Source: Comamonas sp. lk (GTDB taxonomy: Bacteria; Bacteroidota; Bacteroidia; Chitinophagales; Chitinophagaceae). Taken from it: a stretch of 59,007 nt of DNA. The stretch is from contig CALPWK020000001.1 in assembly GCA_943327245.2 (NCBI GenBank), positions 1-59,007 on the forward strand. Reading direction: 5' to 3'. Below, piece by piece: positions 50,193 to 59,007 of the stretch. Position 1 is the stretch's first letter. Every line of letters starts with the position of its first letter. The position numbers were made by a program, and so were the translations under genes. The notes beneath the pieces are model-generated. The model had not been told where the DNA came from, made no database searches, and worked only from the letters and a program-made list of their open reading frames with translations.

Positions 50193-51206
50193 ATGTCAAT
50201 ACAAGAGTCACTTAAAAAAAGAATATTGGTTATTGATGGTGCCATGGGTACCATGATTCAACGCCATAAATTAACAGAAGAAGATTACCGAGGAGAAAGG
50301 TTCGCTAACTGGCCTTCCGACCTTAAAGGTAATAATGACTTACTATGCCTTACCCAGCCAGCTATTATTACTGGAATACATTTACAATATTTAGAAGCAG
50401 GTGCAGACATTATAGAAACCAATACCTTTAGTAGTACCTCTATTGCTATGGCAGACTATGATATGCAAGCACTTGCCTACGAATTAAATGTGGCTGCAAC
50501 TAAATGTGTGAGAGACGCTATTAATCAATTCAAGTCAAAGCATCCCAATGCTTCAGAAAAATATATTGCCGGGTCAATTGGGCCATTAAATAAAACCTTG
50601 AGTTTATCTCCTGACGTAAATAATCCAGGATACAGAGCAGTTACATTTGATGAAGTTGTTATTGCTTATACAGAACAAATAAAAGGATTAGACGATGCAG
50701 GAGTAGATGTGTTATTGGTAGAAACTATTTTTGATACCTTAAATGCAAAAGCTGCCATTTTCGCTATCAAAGAATATTACCGACAAATTGGTAAAGCAGA
50801 ACTACCTATTATGATAAGTGGCACCATAACCGATGCATCTGGAAGAACATTAAGTGGACAAACTTTAGAAGCATTTTATACTTCTGTTGCACATGCGAAT
50901 CCTTTAAGTGTAGGACTAAACTGCGCATTAGGGGCACAGGATATGAGAAGTCATATTGAAGAGCTTTCTCAAATTGCAACTTGTTATACATCTGCATATC
51001 CTAATGCTGGATTACCAAATGCAATGGGAGAATATGACGAAGCACCGCACCAAACAGCACACTTCATTGAAGAATGGGCAAAGAATAATTTTGTGAATAT
51101 TGTAGGTGGTTGTTGTGGGACCACACCAGATCATATTAAACATATGGCTGACAATGTAAGAAGCATTGCCCCAAGACCATTACCAATTGTAGACGCAACT
51201 ATTTAA
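50193..51206 (+). CDS. metH: Methionine synthase, homocysteine-binding (S-methyltransferase) part of split MetH
   Basis: DGAMGT, ETNTF, GLNCALG, PNAGLPN, GGCCGT; start re-called at ATG 50193. Confidence 0.95.
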   Translation: MSIQESLKKRILVIDGAMGTMIQRHKLTEEDYRGERFANWPSDLKGNNDLLCLTQPAIITGIHLQYLEAGADIIETNTFSSTSIAMADYDMQALAYELNVAATKCVRDAINQFKSKHPNASEKYIAGSIGPLNKTLSLSPDVNNPGYRAVTFDEVVIAYTEQIKGLDDAGVDVLLVETIFDTLNAKAAIFAIKEYYRQIGKAELPIMISGTITDASGRTLSGQTLEAFYTSVAHANPLSVGLNCALGAQDMRSHIEELSQIATCYTSAYPNAGLPNAMGEYDEAPHQTAHFIEEWAKNNFVNIVGGCCGTTPDHIKHMADNVRSIAPRPLPIVDATI

Positions 51207-51225
51207 TATCATTAGAGTTAATAAC

Positions 51226-53955
51226 ATGAGTGAACATATACATATCAAGCCTTATTTAAGATTAGCAGGACTAGAACCATTAGTAATTCGTCCTGAAACT
51301 AATTTTGTAAACGTAGGAGAAAGAACAAACGTAACCGGTTCTAAAAAATTTGCTCGATTAATTAGAGAAAATTTATATGAAGAGGCTTTGTCTGTAGCAA
51401 GACAACAGGTGGAAAGTGGCGCTCAAATTATTGACGTAAACATGGATGATGCTTTATTAGAAGGTGTTAAAGCCATGACTACTTATTTAAACTTATTACA
51501 AAGCGAACCCGATATTGCACGTATCCCAATTATGATTGATAGTTCCAAATTTGAAATTATCGAAGCAGGATTAAAATGTGTTCAAGGAAAATGTATCGTG
51601 AACTCTATCTCTATGAAAGAGGGGGAAGCGAAATTTATTGAACAAGCTCATATTTGTAAAGCCTATGGAGCTGCGGTTATTGTAATGGCATTTGATGAAG
51701 TTGGACAGGCGGATACCAAAGATAGAAAAGTTGAAATTTGCGCGCGCGCTTATAAAATATTAGTTGAACAAGTAGGATTTGATCCTCAGGATATTATTTT
51801 TGATCCTAATATTTTTGCAATTGCAACTGGTATTGAGGAACATAATAATTACGCTGTTGACTTTATTGAAGCAACTAAAATTATTAAACAAAAAATGCCA
51901 TTAGCAAAAGTGAGTGGTGGTGTTTCGAATGTTTCTTTTTCTTTTAGAGGTAACGATGCTGTTAGAGAAGCCATTCATGCTGTATTTCTATACTACGCTA
52001 TCAAAGCAGGAATGGATATGGGCATTGTAAATGCTGGCCAATTAGAAATATATGACGAAATTGAACCTACCCTTCGTAATTTATGCGAGGATGTAATTTT
52101 AAATAGGAACAATGATAATAACGAAGCCACTGAAGCATTGATTCAATTTGCAGATGATGTAAAAGCTAAAGGTGCAGACGCAGGGCGTGTAGCGGAAGAT
52201 AATAATATTAAACTTGCTTGGCGTTCAGGAACAGTGCAAGAAAGACTAGCGCACTCTTTAATAAATGGTATCACCGATTTTATAGACGCAGATACAGAAG
52301 AAGCAAGATTACAATATAGCGCACCTTTAGAGGTCATAGAAGGCCCCTTAATGGCCGGCATGAATCAAGTGGGTGATTTGTTTGGAGCGGGGAAAATGTT
52401 TTTACCTCAGGTAGTGAAAAGTGCTCGTGTAATGAAAAAAAGTGTGGCGGTCTTAACCCCATTTATTGAAGCGGAGAAAGAAAGATTAAAATTAGCTTCT
52501 GCTACACCAGGTGGAAAATCAAAAGGTCCTGCTAAAATTTTATTAGCAACAGTAAAAGGTGACGTACATGATATTGGAAAGAATATTGTAGGCGTGGTAT
52601 TAGGCTGTAATGGATATGAAATTATTGATATTGGAGTAATGGTTCCTGCTGACAAAATATTAGCAGAAGCAGTGAAGCATGAAGTAGATATTATAGGACT
52701 GAGTGGACTCATTACCCCTTCCTTAGACGAGATGGTGCATATTGCAAAAGAAATGAAACGTCGTGGAATGACTATTCCATTAATGATTGGTGGCGCAACC
52801 ACAAGTAGAATGCATACTGCGGTAAAAATTGCACCTGAATATAATGATGGTGTAATACATGTACTAGACGCCTCTAGAAGTGTTACTGTTGCTGGATCTT
52901 TATTAAACAAGGATCAGAAAGGACCATTCTTAGCAGAATTAGAATCGGCTTACTTACAACTAAAAACTGACTTTAATAATAAGAAAACAATAAAGCAGTC
53001 TTTACCCTATCAAGAAGCGTTGAAAAATAAAATGCCAATTGACTGGAAGAATTTTGAAGCAGTAACTCCTAGCTTTACAGGAAATAAAGCAATTGAAATA
53101 ACCGACTTGTCTGTATTGGTTGATTATATTGACTGGAAGCCATTTTTCATTGCATGGGAATTGCATGGTAATTTCCCTGCCATCTTAACAGACGAAAAAG
53201 TGGGAGAAGTCGCAACTAAACTGTACAGCGACGCCAGGGCCTTATTAGATACTATTATTAAAGAAAACTGGTTGACTGCAAAAGGGGCGGTAGGATTTTG
53301 GCCAGCAACTGCAGAGGGGGATGATATTCTTATTCAAACCGAAGACAACCAAGTTGAATTACACTTCTTAAGACAACAAGCTAAAAAAGCGGTAGGTCAA
53401 CCTAATTTTTCTTTAGCAGACTTCATTTGTCCAACAACCGAAAATAAAAAGGACTTCCTTGGTGCTTTTGCGGTAACCATTCATGGTATTGAAAAACACA
53501 TCAAGGCTTTCGAAGCACAATTAGACGACTACAATAAGATTATTTTACAAGCATTAGCAGACCGTTTAGCGGAAGCTTTTGCGGAATTCTTACATGCTAA
53601 AACAAGAACTGAATTCTGGGGATATGCGAAAGATGAAAAGTTAGGCAACGAAGAATTAATAAAAGAAAACTATGTTGGTATTCGTCCGGCACCAGGCTAC
53701 CCTGCTTGTCCAGACCATACAGAGAAGTACAGTTTGTTTGAATTATTAGACGCTGAAAAACATACAGGCATTACCTTAACAGAAAGCTTAGCTATGTATC
53801 CAGCATCTAGTGTTTGTGGTTGGTATTTCGCAAATGCACAAAGCCAATATTTCGGTCTAGGCAAAATACAGCAAGACCAGGTTATTGACTATGCAAAAAG
53901 AAAGAAACAAACCATGGAATATATCACACGTTGGTTGCAGCCAGTAATTGATTAA
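51226..53955 (+). CDS. metH: B12-dependent methionine synthase, pterin/cobalamin/reactivation part
   Basis: [37 protein letters not shown]. Confidence 0.97.
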   Translation: MSEHIHIKPYLRLAGLEPLVIRPETNFVNVGERTNVTGSKKFARLIRENLYEEALSVARQQVESGAQIIDVNMDDALLEGVKAMTTYLNLLQSEPDIARIPIMIDSSKFEIIEAGLKCVQGKCIVNSISMKEGEAKFIEQAHICKAYGAAVIVMAFDEVGQADTKDRKVEICARAYKILVEQVGFDPQDIIFDPNIFAIATGIEEHNNYAVDFIEATKIIKQKMPLAKVSGGVSNVSFSFRGNDAVREAIHAVFLYYAIKAGMDMGIVNAGQLEIYDEIEPTLRNLCEDVILNRNNDNNEATEALIQFADDVKAKGADAGRVAEDNNIKLAWRSGTVQERLAHSLINGITDFIDADTEEARLQYSAPLEVIEGPLMAGMNQVGDLFGAGKMFLPQVVKSARVMKKSVAVLTPFIEAEKERLKLASATPGGKSKGPAKILLATVKGDVHDIGKNIVGVVLGCNGYEIIDIGVMVPADKILAEAVKHEVDIIGLSGLITPSLDEMVHIAKEMKRRGMTIPLMIGGATTSRMHTAVKIAPEYNDGVIHVLDASRSVTVAGSLLNKDQKGPFLAELESAYLQLKTDFNNKKTIKQSLPYQEALKNKMPIDWKNFEAVTPSFTGNKAIEITDLSVLVDYIDWKPFFIAWELHGNFPAILTDEKVGEVATKLYSDARALLDTIIKENWLTAKGAVGFWPATAEGDDILIQTEDNQVELHFLRQQAKKAVGQPNFSLADFICPTTENKKDFLGAFAVTIHGIEKHIKAFEAQLDDYNKIILQALADRLAEAFAEFLHAKTRTEFWGYAKDEKLGNEELIKENYVGIRPAPGYPACPDHTEKYSLFELLDAEKHTGITLTESLAMYPASSVCGWYFANAQSQYFGLGKIQQDQVIDYAKRKKQTMEYITRWLQPVID

Positions 53956-53962
53956 TAAAATT

Positions 53963-54709
53963 TTACTTCTCGAATAACCACCATAAACGTTTAGGCTTTT
54001 TGGCCTTATAATTTGTACCCATATAAGTTTTTATATAGGTGATTGCCTCTTCTGTATCATCCGTGAATAAAATAAAGTTTTTGTCTTCTGGCGAAATAGT
54101 ACCACCTGCTATCATATGTTCCATCCAATGTTGGAATGGTTCATAATAATCCTTTCCCATAACTACAATTGGGAAATCTTTAATCACTTTTGTTTGGATT
54201 AAAGTGAGTGTTTCAAAAAACTCATCCTGAGTGCCAAAGCCACCTGGCATGATTACAAAGGCATAGGAATATTTTACCAATAAAACTTTGCGGACAAAAA
54301 AGAAATCGATTGTAATAGCATTATGCAGATAAGGATTAGGCAATTGTTCATAGGGTAGTTTTATATTACAACCTATTGATTTTCCATTACTTTCGAATGC
54401 CCCTCTATTAGCAGCTTCCATAATTCCAGGACCGCCGCCAGTTATGGTTGCAAAACCTGCTTCTGCAATCTTCTTCCCCATCTCTCTTGCCAAAATATAA
54501 AAAGGATGATCTTCCTTAAATCTTGCCGATCCAAAAACCGTAATACAGGGCCCAATAAAATGAAGTGCTCTAAACCCTTTTATAAATTGAACAAATATAT
54601 CTAAAGCAAAAGTTAATTCATGCCACCTTGACTTAGGTCCTTCTAAACCATAGGATTTCACAGCAGGTATAATGCGTCGCTTTAAGCCACTTTTAGAGTC
54701 CTCATTCAT
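53963..54709 (-). CDS. LOG family protein (TIGR00730-type nucleotide phosphoribohydrolase)
   Basis: FGSAR, TGGGPGIMEAANRGA, PGGFGTQDE; start re-called at ATG 54709. Confidence 0.9.
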   Translation of the reverse strand: MNEDSKSGLKRRIIPAVKSYGLEGPKSRWHELTFALDIFVQFIKGFRALHFIGPCITVFGSARFKEDHPFYILAREMGKKIAEAGFATITGGGPGIMEAANRGAFESNGKSIGCNIKLPYEQLPNPYLHNAITIDFFFVRKVLLVKYSYAFVIMPGGFGTQDEFFETLTLIQTKVIKDFPIVVMGKDYYEPFQHWMEHMIAGGTISPEDKNFILFTDDTEEAITYIKTYMGTNYKAKKPKRLWWLFEK

Positions 54710-54811
54710 AATCTTACTAATTAACAAATTCAATTATCTAAAGTTAAAATAAATTATGAAGCAGAGTAGCTTAAAACAGTTAAATTTGGATTTGTATTTT
54801 TATAATAATTC

Positions 54812-56191
54812 ATGAAGCAAAAATTACAGCTAATAGTAGTAATAATATTACTTTGTTTGAGCATTCAAACTAATGCACAAACCAAAGTGGCGGTAGAAAC
54901 CATACAGGCATATTCTAATATCTTACCTAATGCAAGTTATTGGCATTTGAACGAACAAAACAAAAGCCTCCTATTGGAAGCATTAGATAGGGGTATATTT
55001 AAATCTCTTAAGTTAGAAAGAGCAACTGAATTAGACCCTGTCTTACTAAATTTTACTAAAAATAGTCAACTAGGAAAAATTGAAATCAACTGGGCTAAGT
55101 CAAGAAATATACCTTATCATGCTTATGTAGAATTATATGAGATGGAACCCAGCCTTGCTTATCGAAATGGCTTATTAGATTTACCTGAAACTGAAAAAGA
55201 TAGTATTAAAACTATTTGGTTTGCTACCTGCTCCGTATTTGATCAAGACAAAAAAAACATTTTTAAGAAAACTATTTTAATGCGTATAGGACAAGCACAA
55301 ACATTAGGCATCGGTTTCCCAATCGCTTTCCCTTTAAGTAGCCCTGCCAATATGTTTTCTGCATTGTCTAAAGGAATAGCCCAAATAACACCTAGTACTG
55401 CAGATATGAGTTATCTAGTAGCCCGAGCTAGTATGTTATATGCTACGGACAATTTGTGGATGCCCTATGTTCATAAAACACCAAGAATAAATATTGATAC
55501 TACTAAGGGCTTTCTTTCTTTCGATATTCAAGGAAAAAACCAATTACTAAGGACTACTAACGCAGTTACTCAAAAAATAAATTTAAAAGACAAGACAGCT
55601 AATAATCCATTTGCTGCTATTAGTAATACAATAAAAGCTGCCAACAAAAATAGTAAAAATGAGTATTATCAAATCTATCAGCCATTAAGAGATGTACGCA
55701 ATAATATAGACTATAGCATTGAATCTTTTATTTCATTTAATGAAAAAGCATCTTTTGAAGAAGAAAGCACTAATCCTATTGCATTTTTAAGTGACAGCCT
55801 AAATAAAATTTATTGCAATGATTTAGTAGTAGGAAAATTTGCAGTAATTGAAAACTATATATTAGCTGACAAATGGGCCAATCCTAATGAATTATATAAT
55901 GGCTATGATTCTACCGAAAAATTTGAATTAGGAACTAGCTTCAAAAGGCACTATATCATAGCTGATAAGCTAATCAGCGGGGTTTTTAAAAATAGTAAAT
56001 TCAAGGTTATGTTTAATTATGATGCGAATTTAAAAACAATTTTCGTTGACGATCAAATCACTTGTATTATTCAGGGAGATAAATTACCTGCTCAAATAGT
56101 TTTAATCCCTAATAACTTAACTGACGATTATTTAAATTTTTTGATTCTATTTAGCCAAAGTGAGTTATTTCAAATGCCCTCTTTAAATTAA
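54812..56191 (+). CDS. Secreted hypothetical protein
   Basis: 459-aa ORF with signal peptide; no recognisable motif. Confidence 0.7.
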   Translation: MKQKLQLIVVIILLCLSIQTNAQTKVAVETIQAYSNILPNASYWHLNEQNKSLLLEALDRGIFKSLKLERATELDPVLLNFTKNSQLGKIEINWAKSRNIPYHAYVELYEMEPSLAYRNGLLDLPETEKDSIKTIWFATCSVFDQDKKNIFKKTILMRIGQAQTLGIGFPIAFPLSSPANMFSALSKGIAQITPSTADMSYLVARASMLYATDNLWMPYVHKTPRINIDTTKGFLSFDIQGKNQLLRTTNAVTQKINLKDKTANNPFAAISNTIKAANKNSKNEYYQIYQPLRDVRNNIDYSIESFISFNEKASFEEESTNPIAFLSDSLNKIYCNDLVVGKFAVIENYILADKWANPNELYNGYDSTEKFELGTSFKRHYIIADKLISGVFKNSKFKVMFNYDANLKTIFVDDQITCIIQGDKLPAQIVLIPNNLTDDYLNFLILFSQSELFQMPSLN

Positions 56192-56197
56192 GAAACC

Positions 56198-56968
56198 ATG
56201 CGTATAGTAAGTTATAATGTAAATGGCATCAGAGCTGCCATAAAAAAAGGACTGATTGAGTGGCTAACCGAATACCCGGTAGACGTTTTGTGTATTCAAG
56301 AAACCAAAGCAAGTTCAACTGATATTGATTTGACACTCTTTACTTCCATGGGCTATCATGTTGCATGGTATCCTGCAGAAAAAAAAGGATATAGTGGTGT
56401 TGCAATTTTTAGCAAGCAAAAGCCAAGTAGTATTGTATATGGGAATGGGCATGGAATGAGTGACTCAGAAGGCCGTGTGATTAGAATTGATATAGGTGAT
56501 TTAACTATTATAAATGCTTATTTCCCTTCTGGTACCAGCGGTGATCTTAGACAAACCTATAAATACCAATGGTTAAAAGAATTTGCAGCATGGTTAGAAG
56601 CATTAAGAAAAGAAAGACCCAATATTATTGTAGCAGGTGACTATAATATTGCACACAAAGAAGTAGACATTCATGACCCTAAAGGAAATAAAAAATCTTC
56701 TGGATTCTTGCCAGCAGAAAGAGAGTGGATGGATCAATTTTTAAATAATGGCTGGATAGATAGTTTCAGAAAAGTGCACCCTGAAAAATTACATGCTTAC
56801 TCTTGGTGGAGCCAACGCTTTCCTACAGTAAGATTACAAAATAAAGGATGGCGTATTGATTATTTGTGTGTTACTGAAACCCTAGGAGACAAAATAAAAA
56901 ATGCGGATATTCTACCTGACGTTAAACATAGCGATCACTGTCCTATTTTAATTGAATTAAAAAAATAA
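56198..56968 (+). CDS. xth: Exodeoxyribonuclease III
   Basis: SYNVNGIRA, QETK, GDYN, GWRIDY, SDHCP. Confidence 0.96.
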   Translation: MRIVSYNVNGIRAAIKKGLIEWLTEYPVDVLCIQETKASSTDIDLTLFTSMGYHVAWYPAEKKGYSGVAIFSKQKPSSIVYGNGHGMSDSEGRVIRIDIGDLTIINAYFPSGTSGDLRQTYKYQWLKEFAAWLEALRKERPNIIVAGDYNIAHKEVDIHDPKGNKKSSGFLPAEREWMDQFLNNGWIDSFRKVHPEKLHAYSWWSQRFPTVRLQNKGWRIDYLCVTETLGDKIKNADILPDVKHSDHCPILIELKK

Positions 56969-56982
56969 GTCAAGCAAGTAAT

Positions 56983-57285
56983 ATGAAAGTATGTAATATT
57001 AGTTTTCAAATTGAACCAGCTGTTGCGCCCATTTGGATGGAGTGGATGCAAACACAATTCATCCCAAGTTTTATGGCTACTGATTGTTTTACCGAGAGTC
57101 GATTTTACCAATTAGAAGTAGACCCTACACAAGCACCTACTTATACTTTACAATTATTTGCCAAAAGCCCTGAAAGCTTGGAGGCGTATCAATCTGTGCA
57201 TGCAACAGCGCTTATCCATACCTTACATAATACCTGGGGGGAACAATGTTTTCATTTTACCTCTTTTATGCAAATTGTGAATTGA
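56983..57285 (+). CDS. DUF4286 family protein
   Basis: N.S..IE, W..WM....IP, TYTLQ pattern typical of this Bacteroidota family. Confidence 0.65.
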   Translation: MKVCNISFQIEPAVAPIWMEWMQTQFIPSFMATDCFTESRFYQLEVDPTQAPTYTLQLFAKSPESLEAYQSVHATALIHTLHNTWGEQCFHFTSFMQIVN

Positions 57286-57541
57286 TTGTGGATACTTAAG
57301 CGCTTGAAAGTCGCTATATGACTTGATTTCAGAAAAATATGCCCTGAAACTCAATGAAATCAATGGTTTATATACTATAATGGTAATTCTACAAAAACTA
57401 TGACAAAGCTCATTTTCAATGAAAACCTTACTATTTAAGGGTTTTAGTGGAAAAATAAAATGAAAAAAAACTATCAAAATATTTTTTCGTTTCATAAAAG
57501 CTAATAAATTTGTCTATCGTTTAAACTATAAAAAACACATC

Positions 57542-57811
57542 ATGAACAAAGCAGAATTAATTGCACACATTGCTGACGCAGTAGAGTGCCCAAAAACACA
57601 AGCTAATGCAGCTTTAGACGCTTTTATCGAAGCAGTTACAAAAGCATTGAAAAAAGGCGATAAAGTAACTTTAGTAGGTTTTGGTACTTTTTCAGTATCT
57701 AAGCGTGCTGCAAGAACTGGTCGTAACCCACAAACTGGTGCTACAATCAAGATCAAAGCTAAAAAAGTGGCTAAATTCAAGGCTGGTAAAGAATTGAGCG
57801 GCAAATTATAG
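57542..57811 (+). CDS. hup: HU family DNA-binding protein
   Basis: [28 protein letters not shown]. Confidence 0.96.
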   Translation: MNKAELIAHIADAVECPKTQANAALDAFIEAVTKALKKGDKVTLVGFGTFSVSKRAARTGRNPQTGATIKIKAKKVAKFKAGKELSGKL

Positions 57812-57833
57812 TTCTAAAAAACTAATTTGAAAT

Positions 57834-57872
57834 AAAACCCCTCGGATATACTTATATTCAAGGGGTTTTTTT
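57834..57872 (+). terminator. Intrinsic terminator after HU
   Basis: AAAACCCCT...AGGGGTTTTTTT. Confidence 0.85.
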
Positions 57873-57912
57873 ATTTTTGCAGTCAATTCACATTTAACTA
57901 AATAACAACATC

Positions 57913-58062
57913 ATGGGAAGAGGAGATAAAAAAACAGCTAAAGGAAAAAGATTCATGGGATCTTTCGGTGTAAGCAGACCACACAAAACAGCTTCTACGG
58001 CACCAAAGCCTGCAGCAGCTGCAGCAGCTACTGCACCAAAAACAACTAAAGCAAGCGCTTAA
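57913..58062 (+). CDS. 30S ribosomal protein bTHX (49 aa), missing from the ORF track
   Basis: MGRGDKKTAKGKRFMGSFGVSRP THX signature followed by an Ala/Lys/Pro tail; own -7 element (TATTTTTG) and terminator. Confidence 0.9.
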   Translation: MGRGDKKTAKGKRFMGSFGVSRPHKTASTAPKPAAAAAATAPKTTKASA

Positions 58063-58071
58063 GATTTGTAT

Positions 58072-58100
58072 AAAGATCCCCGAACGCTCGGGGTTTTTTT
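58072..58100 (+). terminator. Intrinsic terminator after bTHX
   Basis: CCCCGA-acgc-TCGGGG followed by T7. Confidence 0.88.
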
Positions 58101-58119
58101 ATACCTTTATATTTAACAC

Positions 58120-58320
58120 ATGAAGCAAAAATTCTTTTTATTTATTCTATCACTCTGTTTAACTGTAGGGGCTTTTGCGCAATGCGCCATTTGCACTAAA
58201 ACAGCTGCTCAAATTGGAGAAGAAGCAGGGAGAGGATTCAATGCAGGTATTTTATACTTGGCAGCAATGCCTTTTGGTATAATGGGTTATATTATTTACA
58301 GATGGCGTAAGAGCCAATAG
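58120..58320 (+). CDS. Small exported/membrane protein with QCxxC motif
   Basis: Signal peptide ending AFA, QCAICTKT, G.N.GILYL...P TM segment. Confidence 0.75.
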   Translation: MKQKFFLFILSLCLTVGAFAQCAICTKTAAQIGEEAGRGFNAGILYLAAMPFGIMGYIIYRWRKSQ

Positions 58321-58344
58321 TGATAGTCGTCTTGCAGTTATGTA

Positions 58345-59007
58345 TTAAAAAAACTGCTTTGCAAATTCAAAAATATTAAAGTGTGGATTAGCCAATGCTA
58401 TGGTTAATTTTTCCTCAATAATTTGCTCGTCAATACTTTTAATTTTATCAGCAACTATTAATTGAATCGCTTTATTCAACATCAATTTCTTTTTACGTTC
58501 TACGTTTTGTATATTTTCTTGGTGTGCCTGAATTGCATTCATTAATTCAGCAATTCCAATATTTTGAGTAGCTACTGTTTTTAGCACAACGGGGCACCAA
58601 AGATTGGTGTGATTATCCATTACCATTTGCTGAATATGATTCGCAAAAGTTGCCGAGTCTGGCCTGTCTGCCTTATTTACTACAAATAAATCGGCAATTT
58701 CCATGAGTCCAGCTTTCATCATTTGGACGTCATCCCCCGCTTCTGGCACCAAAACAACAATAGTAGTGTCCGCCAAAGCAGCTACTTCGACCTCAGATTG
58801 ACCCACTCCCACCGTTTCAACCAGAATATAATCAAAACCAGCAGCTTGTAAAAGCGTTGTCATTTCTATCATTGAGCTATTTAAACCCCCTAAATGCCCC
58901 CTAGAAGCCAAGGATCTAATAAATACATTAGGATTCAAATACCAATCCTTCATTCTAATGCGATCTCCCAAAATGGCGCCCTGATGAAAGGGCGAAGAAG
59001 GGTCAAC
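58345..59007 (-). CDS. meaB: Methylmalonyl-CoA mutase-associated GTPase MeaB/ArgK, 5'-truncated by window
   Basis: Frame open to window end (VDPSSPFHQGAILGDRIRM); ETVGVGQSE, KAGLME, NKAD. Confidence 0.93.
   Translation of the reverse strand, partial: VDPSSPFHQGAILGDRIRMKDWYLNPNVFIRSLASRGHLGGLNSSMIEMTTLLQAAGFDYILVETVGVGQSEVEVAALADTTIVVLVPEAGDDVQMMKAGLMEIADLFVVNKADRPDSATFANHIQQMVMDNHTNLWCPVVLKTVATQNIGIAELMNAIQAHQENIQNVERKKKLMLNKAIQLIVADKIKSIDEQIIEEKLTIALANPHFNIFEFAKQFF

Noticed and set aside
50193-53955. Split metH as a frameshifted pseudogene
   Set aside because: The break falls at a domain boundary with a clean stop, a 19-nt gap and a new ATG; split MetH is common in Bacteroidota

Overview
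AT-rich core-chromosome segment of a Bacteroidota genome, most consistent with a Chitinophagaceae (Sediminibacterium-like) organism. The taxonomic call rests on PorZ/T9SS, TAnnTTTG -7 promoters, A-rich starts without Shine-Dalgarno sites, bTHX, split metH, MqnC and a long IspG. About 55 densely packed genes are present, mostly housekeeping: a full 8-gene arg operon, serS, gcvT/gcvH, recR, a helicase-nuclease, a SNF2 ATPase, kup, xth, HU and meaB. I saw no rRNA, tRNA, CRISPR, IS or prophage. The most notable unannotated signal is upstream of the arg operon: a 39-codon leader peptide with four C-terminal Arg codons, embedded in mutually exclusive 1:2 / 2:3 / 3:4 helices ending in a U7 tract. This is a candidate arginine-sensing ribosome-mediated attenuator, and no argR is present in the window. 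Other leads are a switch-like structured leader before metH that matches no riboswitch I recognise; a predicted N-succinylated arginine pathway; intact but catalytically dead OXA-like and rhodanese proteins; an ECF/anti-sigma operon with twin beta-barrels; a 3x20-bp repeat at the serS 3' end; and an unannotated bTHX gene. All calls come from reading the sequence by eye; no searches or folding programs were run.
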